Source: Candidatus Subteraquimicrobium carltonvillense (GTDB lineage: Bacteria; Actinomycetota; Aquicultoria; Subteraquimicrobiales; Subteraquimicrobiaceae). Taken from it: a stretch of 41,962 bases of DNA. This document shows, piece after piece, positions 9,449 to 18,147 of this stretch. Position 1 is the stretch's first letter. Every line of letters begins with the position of its first letter. The translations under genes and the position numbers were made by a program. The stretch spans positions 1-41,962 of the forward strand of contig DDKQ01000086.1 of assembly GCA_002339355.1 (NCBI GenBank). Direction: 5' to 3'. Below the pieces are notes generated by a model, which ran no database searches, was not told the DNA's origin, and saw only the letters and a program-made list of their open reading frames with translations.

Positions 9449-10462
9449 ATGCTCATCGAGGATATTGGCGAGTTTGGTCTTATAAGGAGAATTTCAAAGA
9501 TCGCTGCAGTAAAGGATAAGCGCATCATTGTTCCTATAGGAGACGACGCTGCGGTGGTGACTTCTGATCCAAATCTATTATTGGTCTTAACCTCCGATAT
9601 TCTAATCGAAGGTGTGCACTTTAAATTGGGCACTATTTCCCCAAATGAGCTCGGTTACAAGGCAATGGCCATAAATATCAGTGATATCGCTGCCATGGCT
9701 GGTATTCCTCGCTTTGCCTTAGTTTCTATGGGTTTAAAACCCAAAACAAGCGTGGAATTCGCCGAGGCGATCTACAGGGGGATGATGAAGGCAATACGCA
9801 AATACCGTTTAATACTAGTTGGGGGAGATACCACCGAAGCTCCCCACATAACCTTGAGCGTTACAATAATCGGCGAAGTTGAACCGGCATATCTTAGGAG
9901 AAGGAGCGAGGCTGCAATCGGAGATAAAATTTTAGTCACGGGGAGACTAGGTGCATCCAAAGCTGGATTAGAGCTACTTCTGAATCCTCAGTTTAAAGGT
10001 TCTTTTCGATACGAGAAGAGCTTAAGGAGAGCTCACTTAGTACCTATACCAAGGGTAGTCGAGGCAAGAATCGTTTCAAAGCATGGTGCTCATGCCATGG
10101 AGGATATAAGCGACGGGTTAGCGAGCGAGATTAATCACATCTGCGAGGAAAGTCGAGTGGGAGCAAGAATCCTTGCTTATCGAATTCCGGTGGCCAAGGG
10201 AGTAAGGGAAATAGCTTTGGCTTTGGGAAAGAAACCATTGGATTTTGCACTTTATGGTGGAGAGGACTACGAGATAGTGTTCACCGCACCTCCATCTAAA
10301 GCGGAAGAGATAAAGAATTACTTATTAGGGGAAACAGGCACCCTCGTTACGGAGGTTGGGGAAATCGTCGATCGAAAAGAGGGAATATGCTTAGTCAATA
10401 AAGAGGGAAAGGTTTCTCAGCTTACTACATTTGGCTATGAACATTTCAAGAAGAGGAGATAA
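9449..10462 (+). CDS. thiL: thiamine-monophosphate kinase
   Basis: IGDDAAV, TSDILIEGVHF, AINISDIAAMG, GGDT and EDISDGL motifs of the AIR-synthase-related ThiL family. Confidence 0.85.
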   Translation: MLIEDIGEFGLIRRISKIAAVKDKRIIVPIGDDAAVVTSDPNLLLVLTSDILIEGVHFKLGTISPNELGYKAMAINISDIAAMAGIPRFALVSMGLKPKTSVEFAEAIYRGMMKAIRKYRLILVGGDTTEAPHITLSVTIIGEVEPAYLRRRSEAAIGDKILVTGRLGASKAGLELLLNPQFKGSFRYEKSLRRAHLVPIPRVVEARIVSKHGAHAMEDISDGLASEINHICEESRVGARILAYRIPVAKGVREIALALGKKPLDFALYGGEDYEIVFTAPPSKAEEIKNYLLGETGTLVTEVGEIVDRKEGICLVNKEGKVSQLTTFGYEHFKKRR

Positions 10463-10465
10463 AAA

Positions 10466-11254
10466 ATGCAAATCAGGAAGGTGCTCACCATAGGAGGTTC
10501 GGATCCAAGTGGGGGAGCGGGAATACAAGCCGATATTTTCAGCCTCCTTGAACTAGGGATTTTTCCTCTCTCCGTGATAACATCGGTTACTGCTCAAAAT
10601 AGCTCCGGGATAATGACCATCCATAATGTTTCTCACCAAATCGTCGGTGATCAAATTAGGGCAATTCTCACCGATGCCAGGCCGGATGCAGCTAAAATAG
10701 GAATGCTGGGAACGAGGGAAAATGTTAAAACCATTGCGGAAATTTTTGAGGATTATGGGGTTGAAAACCTCGTGGTGGATCCGATTATTGAGGCCACCGA
10801 TGGTACCATTCTTTTGGGACCAAGTGGTTCTTCCCTGATGAGGGTTCGTCTCTTCCCACTGGCGAAAGTGGTGACACCAAACATCCCCGAGGCTCAAAAA
10901 TTGGCGGGATTTCCCATAAGGGATTTTGACGACATGCGAAGAGCTGCTCAGGCGATTCACCTTTTTGGATCCGAGTGGGTATTGATTAAAGGAGGACATC
11001 TTGAGGGAGAAAAGTGCATGGATATCCTGTGGAATGGAACCACATATTACGAATACATACACAAAAAAGTGGAGTCAAATGTCCGAGGGACGGGTTGCGT
11101 TTTTTCCTCCGCTTTGGCAGCTCACCTTGCTCAGGGTGTGGAAGTCCCAAAAGCCGTCGAACTAGCAGAGGAATATGTACTTCAAAAAATCAAATCCGCT
11201 TATTTAATAGGTAAAGGAAGATCCCAAATTTTGCCAATGGCCATCAAGAGGTGA
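10466..11254 (+). CDS. thiD: hydroxymethylpyrimidine/phosphomethylpyrimidine kinase
   Basis: VLTIGGSDPSGGAGIQADI, KIGML, VVDPI, TPNIPEA, IKGGHL, GTGC.FSSALAA. Confidence 0.9.
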   Translation: MQIRKVLTIGGSDPSGGAGIQADIFSLLELGIFPLSVITSVTAQNSSGIMTIHNVSHQIVGDQIRAILTDARPDAAKIGMLGTRENVKTIAEIFEDYGVENLVVDPIIEATDGTILLGPSGSSLMRVRLFPLAKVVTPNIPEAQKLAGFPIRDFDDMRRAAQAIHLFGSEWVLIKGGHLEGEKCMDILWNGTTYYEYIHKKVESNVRGTGCVFSSALAAHLAQGVEVPKAVELAEEYVLQKIKSAYLIGKGRSQILPMAIKR

Positions 11255-11279
11255 GTTTCAAGTCCAACTTTGCTTCCAC

Positions 11280-11468
11280 TCAAGCTCTTACAACTTTGCC
11301 TGCCTTAAGACATTTGGTACAAACACTTATCTTTCTTGGCGAGCCATCTATTATCGCTCGAACCTTTCTTAAGTTTGGACTCCACCGCCGGGGAGTTTTT
11401 CGATGCGAATGGCTGATCCTATACCCAAAGGATGGTCCCTTACCGCAAATTTCACACCTTCTTGCCAT
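11280..11468 (-). CDS. rpmB: 50S ribosomal protein L28
   Basis: MARRCEICGKGPSFGYRISHSHRKTPRRW.PNL is the L28 signature. Confidence 0.92.
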   Translation of the reverse strand: MARRCEICGKGPSFGYRISHSHRKTPRRWSPNLRKVRAIIDGSPRKISVCTKCLKAGKVVRA

Positions 11469-11490
11469 TTCTACACTCCCAATATAATGA

Positions 11491-11696
11491 TTACACAGAT
11501 TTTATTAGATTACACAGATCAAAAACAAATCTTTTAATCTGGCAGCTCTTATTGCCGAAATTAACCAACTTTAACCCTTCTTTGTTAAAAGCTAATTTAA
11601 GTGCATTATGATATATCTTCTCATTGAATCCTGGCCCTAACTCAGAGTGAACTCGATAACAACAGGCTATAATTCGTTCGGTAAGAAATCAGACAT
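11491..11696 (-). pseudogene. GxxExxY-family (PD-(D/E)XK-like) gene relic, frameshifted and internally deleted
   Basis: My minus-strand translation gives MSDFLPNEL* from the ATG at 11696. Shifting one frame from 11688 gives FLTERIIACCYRVHSELGPGFNEKIYHNALKLAFNKEGLK|LVNFGNKSCQIKRFVFDLCNLIKSV*. It contains the GFNEKIY (GxxExxY) motif and the family C-terminus (LINFG..IKR), but the central half is missing and there is no in-frame start. Confidence 0.65.
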
Positions 11697-11831
11697 AGGC
11701 AATTAAAATCCCCAAAAGGATAACACCCTCCCAACATTTTGGCAAGAAAATACCTCCCTTTGAGGGTCAATGATTATGATATATAATAAATTTGGTAATC
11801 CTTGGTGGTTCTCGATGGGAAGGAGAGATCC

Positions 11832-12059
11832 ATGCAATTCAACAAGGAGATGAGAATTCGAGAAGCTCTCCTAGCACACCCAAGGGCAAGGGAAATCTTC
11901 ATAAAGCATGGCATGGGATGTATCGCTTGTGTAGCAGCAACTATGGAAAGCATTGAAATTGGGGCCTTAATGCACGGTGTAGATGTAGATGCAATCGTGA
12001 AAGATTTAAATGACTTGGAGTCCATCGATGATAATAAACAAAGCAAGAATTACTCCTAG
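11832..12059 (+). CDS. DUF1858 domain protein (hybrid-cluster-protein-associated redox disulfide domain)
   Basis: ATG 11832 after GGAAGGAGAG. IREALLAHPRAREIFIKHGMGCIACVAATMESIE matches the DUF1858 pattern. Confidence 0.65.
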   Translation: MQFNKEMRIREALLAHPRAREIFIKHGMGCIACVAATMESIEIGALMHGVDVDAIVKDLNDLESIDDNKQSKNYS

Positions 12060-12117
12060 GATGCTTGGGTGTGTTCAATTCACCTTTGAGTAAAGGTGGA
12101 ATCATAAGGAGGAAATT

Positions 12118-14541
12118 TTGGAGGCAGGCTCCGTCCACGGTATCTTTAAAGCTCTAGCGTTAGAGAAAAGGTTAGGAGCTCAAAATAATGCAGTAATCGG
12201 AGGTTTTGGTAGTTATTTAAAAAATAAGGAGAGTATTATATCAAGAAATCTGGATGAGCAATTTCCCGAGGCATTTCGGAATTATTCGAAGATTTCAATT
12301 CCGGATCGATTAATCTTACTGAATAGATTTGATTCTACAAAATTCCTTCTCAATGAATCTCTTCCGAAGCGAAGATTATCTCACAACCAGAGTTTCCTCG
12401 ACTCCCCCGTTCGCTCATTAAAATACGTGGGGGCTGCCAATGCTCGGTATCTAAAACGACTCAATATTGAGGATATCGAGGATTTATTATATCATTTCCC
12501 CCACCGCTATTTAAATCTGGCCAAGTTGAGGGCGATTTCCGATGTTAAAGTGGGAGAAGAAGTCACCGTAGTGGGCGTTGTACGAGCCATCCGCCGGGTT
12601 AAAGGACGTAGGGGCACTCGAGTGTTAAACATTGGAATTTATGATGGGACGGCTTACCTTTATGGAGTATGGTTCTCAAAAGCCCCCGCTCGATATGACT
12701 ATCAGAACTCCATTGCTGAAAGATTAAGGGAAGGAACAATCGTTGCCCTCAGTGGAAAAGTTTCCTACAGGTTTGGACAGTTACAGATCGAAAGTCCGCT
12801 CTTCGATATTCTCGACGAGAAGATGGATTTAGGACAGGATACCATTCACACCAGTAGGATCGTGCCCTTACATCCAGCCACACAGAAACTTTCAGTAGGT
12901 ATGATACGTCGAATTATAAAATGCCTGATAGACAATTATGCAGATTTACCTGATGCTCTTCCAGCCTGGCTCCGTGTAAAGTTTGATTTACCCCCCAGAT
13001 CCCTCGCCCTTCAAGAAATTCATTTCCCAACTACGGAATCCTTATGCCATAGGGCAAGATCGAGACTCTTATTTGAGGAGCTTTTCCTGATGCAACTTGG
13101 CTTAGCCATTCGAAAAAAGCGTTTGGAGCGAGAGACCAATGGAATCAGGCATATCATCGAAGGCGAGCTCCTAAAGAATTTTTATTCATCATTGCCTTAC
13201 GAACTAACCGGAGATCAAAAAAGAGCAATCGCCGAGATACAGGAAGACTTAGCCAGTCCCCATCCCATGAATCGACTTTTGCAAGGAGAAGTGGGATCGG
13301 GAAAGACCGTTGTTGCTGTAGCCGCAATGCTTATCACCATCCAAAATGGGCATCAGGGAGCAATAATGGCTCCCACCGAGGTTTTAGCCGAGCAACATTT
13401 CCACAAAATTAGAGATTTGGTAGAGTCCCTTGGTATTAGAGTAACCCTGCTTACTGGGAGTACATCCCCCAAAGAGAAAGGGGAGATTCAAGAGAAAATC
13501 CGCCAAGGAGAGGTGCATCTCGTCGTGGGCACCCATTCCCTAATTCAAGAAGGAGTTCAGTTTAAATCTTTGGGATTGGCGGTAATCGATGAACAACATC
13601 GATTCGGGGTGAGGCAAAGAGTGAACTTAAAGGAAAAGGCCCCAAAACATGGCGGGCGAGGATATAATCCAGATGTTCTCATCATGACGGCTACTCCGAT
13701 CCCTCGAACGCTTTCCCTCACTCTCTACGGCGATTTAGATGTATCCATCATTCGTGAACTTCCCAAGGGAAGAAAGCTAGCGGAACATGTGGAAACCATC
13801 ATTTGTGATCGCGAACATCGACGGTGGGCTTATGAGAGGATGAAAAGCGAAATAAAGCGAGGGCGACAGGGCTATATCATTTGTCCTCTAATTGAGGAGT
13901 CCGATAAATTAGAGGACCTGCCTGCCGGCAGGCAGGTAAAAGCGGTGATGGAAGAAGTCGAGAGGCTTAGAACTCAAATCTTCCCCGACTTAAGAGTTGG
14001 TTTCATCCACGGCAAGCTTAAACCTGCGGAGAAGGAAGAAGTCATGCGAAAGTTCCGAGATGGTTCACTGGATATACTCATCTCGACGACGGTCATAGAA
14101 GTGGGCATCGATGTACCCAATGCCTCAGTCATGATAATCGAGGACGCTGAACGGTTCGGTCTGGCTCAACTGCATCAATTAAGAGGTAGAGTCGGTAGGG
14201 GAAAGTATAAATCTTACTGCATCCTCTTCGCCGATCCGGTTACTGATGAAGGCAAAAGACGCATTGAGGCCATTGGAAATATTATCGATGGTTTTAAACT
14301 CGCCGAAGCCGATCTTGAAATCCGTGGCGAAGGTGAGCTTTTTGGTACCCGTCAATCGGGTCTGCCCGATTTAAAACTGGCTAAACTCACAAGGGATATC
14401 GACATCCTCTTAAAAGCCAGAAAAGAGGCATTTGAATTGGTTAAAGGTGACCCCAATTTATCCCAACCGGAACATCGTTTATTGTTAGGCGAGGTAAAAA
14501 GGAAATTTGCGGCTAATTTAGAGTGGCTATTCCACAGCTAA
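12118..14541 (+). CDS. recG: ATP-dependent DNA helicase RecG
   Basis: TTG start 6 nt after AAGGAGG. Wedge-domain entry LKYVGAANARYLKRLNIEDIEDLLYHFPHRY, helicase motifs GEVGSGKT, DEQHRFG, TATPIPRT, QLHQLRGRVGRG. About 90 aa N-terminal extension. Confidence 0.92.
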   Translation: MEAGSVHGIFKALALEKRLGAQNNAVIGGFGSYLKNKESIISRNLDEQFPEAFRNYSKISIPDRLILLNRFDSTKFLLNESLPKRRLSHNQSFLDSPVRSLKYVGAANARYLKRLNIEDIEDLLYHFPHRYLNLAKLRAISDVKVGEEVTVVGVVRAIRRVKGRRGTRVLNIGIYDGTAYLYGVWFSKAPARYDYQNSIAERLREGTIVALSGKVSYRFGQLQIESPLFDILDEKMDLGQDTIHTSRIVPLHPATQKLSVGMIRRIIKCLIDNYADLPDALPAWLRVKFDLPPRSLALQEIHFPTTESLCHRARSRLLFEELFLMQLGLAIRKKRLERETNGIRHIIEGELLKNFYSSLPYELTGDQKRAIAEIQEDLASPHPMNRLLQGEVGSGKTVVAVAAMLITIQNGHQGAIMAPTEVLAEQHFHKIRDLVESLGIRVTLLTGSTSPKEKGEIQEKIRQGEVHLVVGTHSLIQEGVQFKSLGLAVIDEQHRFGVRQRVNLKEKAPKHGGRGYNPDVLIMTATPIPRTLSLTLYGDLDVSIIRELPKGRKLAEHVETIICDREHRRWAYERMKSEIKRGRQGYIICPLIEESDKLEDLPAGRQVKAVMEEVERLRTQIFPDLRVGFIHGKLKPAEKEEVMRKFRDGSLDILISTTVIEVGIDVPNASVMIIEDAERFGLAQLHQLRGRVGRGKYKSYCILFADPVTDEGKRRIEAIGNIIDGFKLAEADLEIRGEGELFGTRQSGLPDLKLAKLTRDIDILLKARKEAFELVKGDPNLSQPEHRLLLGEVKRKFAANLEWLFHS

Positions 14542-14561
14542 TATAAACGAACTGATTTTAG

Positions 14562-15137
14562 ATGAGGGTTATTGCAGGTATTGCGAGGGGAAGGAAATTA
14601 GTAGCTCCAAGGGGAAGAGAGGTACGTCCCACTGCGGATAGGATAAAGGAGGCGCTCTTTGATATCCTTGGAGAAAAAGTCAAGGAATCCAAAGTCCTTG
14701 ATTTATATGCGGGGGCGGGTAGCCTTGGTATCGAAGCCTTGAGTAGGGGAGCGGAATTTGCGGTTTTTGTGGATGATAATCCCTCCTCAATTCGGGCTTT
14801 AAAGAGAAATTTAGAACACACGGGTTTTTCCCAAAAAGCTAGAATCCTTAAGAATAAGGTTGAGGAAATTGTTAAACGTCTACTTGAGGAAAATGAAGAA
14901 TTTAATTTGATTTTTCTAGACCCTCCCTATAAAATTAACGTTGTCGAATTAAATTCAGTCCTTAACAAAATCGCAGGTTTTCTGGCTCCTGAAGGAGTAG
15001 CGGTTTTAGAACATTCTTCTCGCAGGGCTCCGATTCCCAATGAAAATTTGGAAATTCAATTTACTCGGAGATATGGGGATACGGCGTTGAGTTTTTACAG
15101 TAAGATCAAATGTAGCGAACATCCCAGGTGCAAATGA
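14562..15137 (+). CDS. rsmD: 16S rRNA (guanine966-N2)-methyltransferase
   Basis: MRVIAG..RGRKL..P.G...RPT.DR.KEALF, DLYAGAGSLGIEALSRGA, DPPY. Confidence 0.88.
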   Translation: MRVIAGIARGRKLVAPRGREVRPTADRIKEALFDILGEKVKESKVLDLYAGAGSLGIEALSRGAEFAVFVDDNPSSIRALKRNLEHTGFSQKARILKNKVEEIVKRLLEENEEFNLIFLDPPYKINVVELNSVLNKIAGFLAPEGVAVLEHSSRRAPIPNENLEIQFTRRYGDTALSFYSKIKCSEHPRCK

Positions 15138-15195
15138 GAAAATAGATATAAATTCCACAAAGGCGAGGGAGAAATTTGAATTTAAGGAGGCCACC

Positions 15196-15693
15196 ATGCG
15201 AGTAGCAGTTTGTCCAGGAAGTTTTGATCCCATTACCACAGGACACCTGGATATAATCGAAAGAGCCCTTAATCTTTACGATAAAGTCGTAGTGGGTATA
15301 GCTAAAAGCCCTCCCAAAAAGCCACTTTTCTCATTGGAGGAAAGAATAAGATTTGCAACGAACGCCACCTCAGGCATGAAGAATGTCGTCGTCGATACCT
15401 TTGATACTTTAGTTGTTGAATTTGCCAGGAAACACAATGCTCATGTAATAATTAGGGGTTTGAGAGCAGTCTCCGATTTTGAACACGAATTTCAAATGGC
15501 TCAACTCAATCGAAAGCTCGATCCCACAATTGAAACTCTATTCATGATGGCTAGCCCAGAATGTGCCTACTTGAGTTCCAGTGCTGTAAAGGAGATAGCC
15601 GAATACGGCGGTTGCGTCAAAGGACTTGTTCCTTCGGAAGTTGAAGAGAGCTTGCTCAAAGTACACTCTCCATCAAAGAGAGGGGGTCTATAA
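15196..15693 (+). CDS. coaD: phosphopantetheine adenylyltransferase
   Basis: VCPGSFDPITTGHLDII, RGLRAVSDFEHEFQMA, SSSAVKEIA. Confidence 0.93.
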   Translation: MRVAVCPGSFDPITTGHLDIIERALNLYDKVVVGIAKSPPKKPLFSLEERIRFATNATSGMKNVVVDTFDTLVVEFARKHNAHVIIRGLRAVSDFEHEFQMAQLNRKLDPTIETLFMMASPECAYLSSSAVKEIAEYGGCVKGLVPSEVEESLLKVHSPSKRGGL

Positions 15694-15695
15694 CC

Positions 15696-16154
15696 ATGGA
15701 TATCATGGCTCTAATCGACAAATTGGAAGATCTTATCGCTCGTGGCAAAAAGGTTCCACTCAGTTCGAGCGTTGTAATCAGCGAACAAAAGCTTTATGAA
15801 ATCATTGATCAGGTGCGGGGTACGCTTCCCGAAGAGTTAAAACAAGCTCGCTGGATTGTAAAGGAAAGACAGGAGATGCTGGCGGAGGCGGAGAAGGAAG
15901 CGAATCGCATCATAGATGAGGCTAGACAGAAGGCACAAGCCATCACATCCGAAACCGAAATCGTAAAATTGGCTGAGCAAAAAGCGGTGGAAATCATTGA
16001 AATGGCCAGAGCAAAGGAGAGAGAAATTCGATTAGGCGCTGAGGATTATGCTGATGAGATGCTCGCCAATCTAGAGGTAAATCTGGGAAAACTCCTCACA
16101 GCCGTGCAAAGAGGAAGAGATAGACTTCAAGGGAAGATGGAATCCAAAAGCTAA
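15696..16154 (+). CDS. hypothetical coiled-coil protein (ATP synthase b / V-ATPase G-like heptads)
   Basis: Charged EA/KE-rich helical repeats. Position after coaD is conserved in Firmicutes-like clusters. No catalytic motif recognised. Confidence 0.5.
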   Translation: MDIMALIDKLEDLIARGKKVPLSSSVVISEQKLYEIIDQVRGTLPEELKQARWIVKERQEMLAEAEKEANRIIDEARQKAQAITSETEIVKLAEQKAVEIIEMARAKEREIRLGAEDYADEMLANLEVNLGKLLTAVQRGRDRLQGKMESKS

Positions 16155-16204
16155 AAGTTCCTTTTTATCGGTGATAAAACCTTTATTTTCCCGATCTTAA
16201 TTTC

Positions 16205-16250
16205 AAAGTTCTTGTGTGTCCTTCCCCTTCCACAAGAACTTTTTCGATTT
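16205..16250 (+). terminator. intrinsic terminator after the recG-rsmD-coaD unit
   Basis: 12-bp stem AAAGTTCTTGTG (16205-16216) / CACAAGAACTTT (16231-16242), 14-nt loop, T-rich tail. Confidence 0.75.
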
Positions 16251-16263
16251 TTTGGGATTAAAC

Positions 16264-16291
16264 TTTAACGGATGCAAGATTATGGTATAAT
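16264..16291 (+). promoter_or_regulatory. putative promoter of yceD-rpmF-plsX-fab unit
   Basis: Extended -10 TGGTATAAT (TATAAT 16286-16291). Weak -35 (TTTAAC 16264-16269). Confidence 0.5.
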
Positions 16292-16319
16292 TTTTGTCTA
16301 ATGAGGAAAGGAGAAAAAA

Positions 16320-16835
16320 ATGGCTGAATTAATAATTGATGTATCCGATTTATTAAGAGAAGTGGGAAAGGAATTGGAGATCAAAATGAGCAAGGAATTT
16401 TCTCCTCTAAACCTGGGAACGCGGGAGGTCAAATTCGCCAAACTAGTGGATTTGAATTTAACCCTTGAGAATGTGGACTCCGGCGTGCTCGCTCAAGGAA
16501 CCGTTGAAGGAACTTTAATTCTGCAATGCAACCGCTGTCTTAAAGAATTTGCTTGTCCTATGAAAGTGAAGATAGAGGAAATATTCTGCCATCCATCAAA
16601 ATCACAAGAGCTTGAGGAAAGTGAAACCTTTCCCATCATGGACGAGAGGGTAGATCTAGCTCCAGTCATTGAACAGGCATTTTTGTTGGTCATTCCCATG
16701 AAGGTACTTTGCAATCCCAAATGCAAAGGTTTGTGCCCAATATGTGGAAAGAATTTAAACGAGGGGATGTGTGATTGTCCAAAGCAAGAAATCGATTCTC
16801 GATTCTTAATCCTCAAGAAATTACTGAAGAAGTAA
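16320..16835 (+). CDS. yceD: DUF177 / YceD family protein
   Basis: Acidic protein with paired CxxC motifs (CNRC, CPIC). Immediately upstream of rpmF, as is usual for YceD. Confidence 0.8.
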   Translation: MAELIIDVSDLLREVGKELEIKMSKEFSPLNLGTREVKFAKLVDLNLTLENVDSGVLAQGTVEGTLILQCNRCLKEFACPMKVKIEEIFCHPSKSQELEESETFPIMDERVDLAPVIEQAFLLVIPMKVLCNPKCKGLCPICGKNLNEGMCDCPKQEIDSRFLILKKLLKK

Positions 16836-16925
16836 ATCATTGGTGATCGATAGAGTTAAATTTAGTCAATTGTCGATAGCCTATAATCAATGGTTTAAAA
16901 CCACCGACTATTAACGGGGGTAAAA

Positions 16926-17102
16926 ATGGCTGTTCCAAAAAGAAAGATATCCAAATCCAGACGAGGTAAGAGACGAGCACATTGGAGGATTTCCATGCCC
17001 ACTTTCTTGGAATGCCCACAGTGCCATCAACCAAAACTAGCTCACCGCGTTTGTCCGAACTGCGGTTATTACGGCGGCAAACGCGTAATGGAAATAGAAT
17101 AA
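16926..17102 (+). CDS. rpmF: 50S ribosomal protein L32
   Basis: Not in the ORF track (58 aa). I translated MAVPKRKISKSRRGKRRAHWRISMPTFLECPQCHQPKLAHRVCPNCGYYGGKRVMEIE*. It has the MAVPKRK signature and a Cys4 ribbon. Confidence 0.92.
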   Translation: MAVPKRKISKSRRGKRRAHWRISMPTFLECPQCHQPKLAHRVCPNCGYYGGKRVMEIE

Positions 17103-17142
17103 ATTCATGGAAGAGGTATTGCACTTGGCATTTGGGGATAAG

Positions 17143-18147
17143 ATGGTAAGAATAGCAGTAGATGCAATGGGAGGCGACTATGCTCCAGAGGAGATTGTTA
17201 AGGGAGCAATCCTGGCTGCTAAGGAAGAAACCGGCGTTGAACTAACATTGGTGGGTCGTCTTGATATCTTAGAGGACAAGCTGACCGGGTTTGATGCCCC
17301 CGGTAATATTACCATCGAAGCGGCTCCTGAAGTAATTGAAATGGGCGAAAACCCCTCTTGGGCAGTGAGAGCCAAGAAAAATTCCTCTATAGTTGTAGGA
17401 ATGAAGTTGGTCCAGGAAAAAAAGGGAGATGCAATCGTTTCTGCTGGCAATACTGGGGCCGTTGTCGGTGCAGCTTTCTTGATTCTAGGCCGCATCAAGG
17501 GAATTTCCAAGCCGGCTATTGCCACCATCATTCCTACTCCTAGTAAACCCGTTCTTTTGCTGGATGTTGGAGCTACCACGGATTGTAAACCTCAAAACAT
17601 ATTCCAATTCGCTAAGATGGGTCAAGCCTATCTCACAAATGTACTGAGAATTGAGAATCCTTCCATCGGAATCCTAAGTATAGGGGAGGAAAGAGGTAAA
17701 GGAAATGAGCTAGTTCAAGAGGCTTATGGACTATTGGAGAAATCCAAATTGAAGTTCATAGGTAATGTGGAAGGGAGAGACATTCTATTTGGAAAAGCGG
17801 ATATCGTAGTTTGTGATGGATTCACAGGCAATGTAGCTCTTAAATTGATGGAAGGTATGGCAGAAATGTTTTTCTCTAAGGTGAAATCGACTATTACCGA
17901 ATCCTTTGCCTCAAGATTGGGAGGACTTCTTCTCGCCCCAGGTCTCAAAAAGTTGAAAAGAAAACTTGATTATCAGGAATATGGTGGAGCTCAACTTTTG
18001 GGCATAAACGGGGTTTGTATCATCAGTCATGGTAGTTCCAAAGCAAAAGCCATCAAGAATTCGATAAGATTAGCTGCAGATACCGTTAGAAAAGATGTTG
18101 TCTTGGCAATAAAGGAAAGCATCGAAAATGATCGTGAGAGGGAATAA
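17143..18147 (+). CDS. plsX: phosphate acyltransferase PlsX
   Basis: MVRIAVDAMGGDYAP, SAGNTGA, GG..LLG. Start placed at the Met that gives the canonical N-terminus; ATG 17107 is the alternative. Confidence 0.9.
   Translation: MVRIAVDAMGGDYAPEEIVKGAILAAKEETGVELTLVGRLDILEDKLTGFDAPGNITIEAAPEVIEMGENPSWAVRAKKNSSIVVGMKLVQEKKGDAIVSAGNTGAVVGAAFLILGRIKGISKPAIATIIPTPSKPVLLLDVGATTDCKPQNIFQFAKMGQAYLTNVLRIENPSIGILSIGEERGKGNELVQEAYGLLEKSKLKFIGNVEGRDILFGKADIVVCDGFTGNVALKLMEGMAEMFFSKVKSTITESFASRLGGLLLAPGLKKLKRKLDYQEYGGAQLLGINGVCIISHGSSKAKAIKNSIRLAADTVRKDVVLAIKESIENDRERE

Noticed and set aside
11488-11518. Direct repeat GATTACACAGAT x2, and the AGGATTT tandem tracts at 21500-21565 and 24950-25003, considered as a mini CRISPR array.
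   Set aside because: There are only two or a few short degenerate units, no uniform spacers and no cas genes. They are better explained as tails of selfish-gene relics and the repeat family.
16837-17124. 95-aa minus-strand ORF across the yceD-plsX gap.
   Set aside because: It is antisense to the unmistakable L32 gene (16926-17102), which the ORF track missed because it is under 60 aa.
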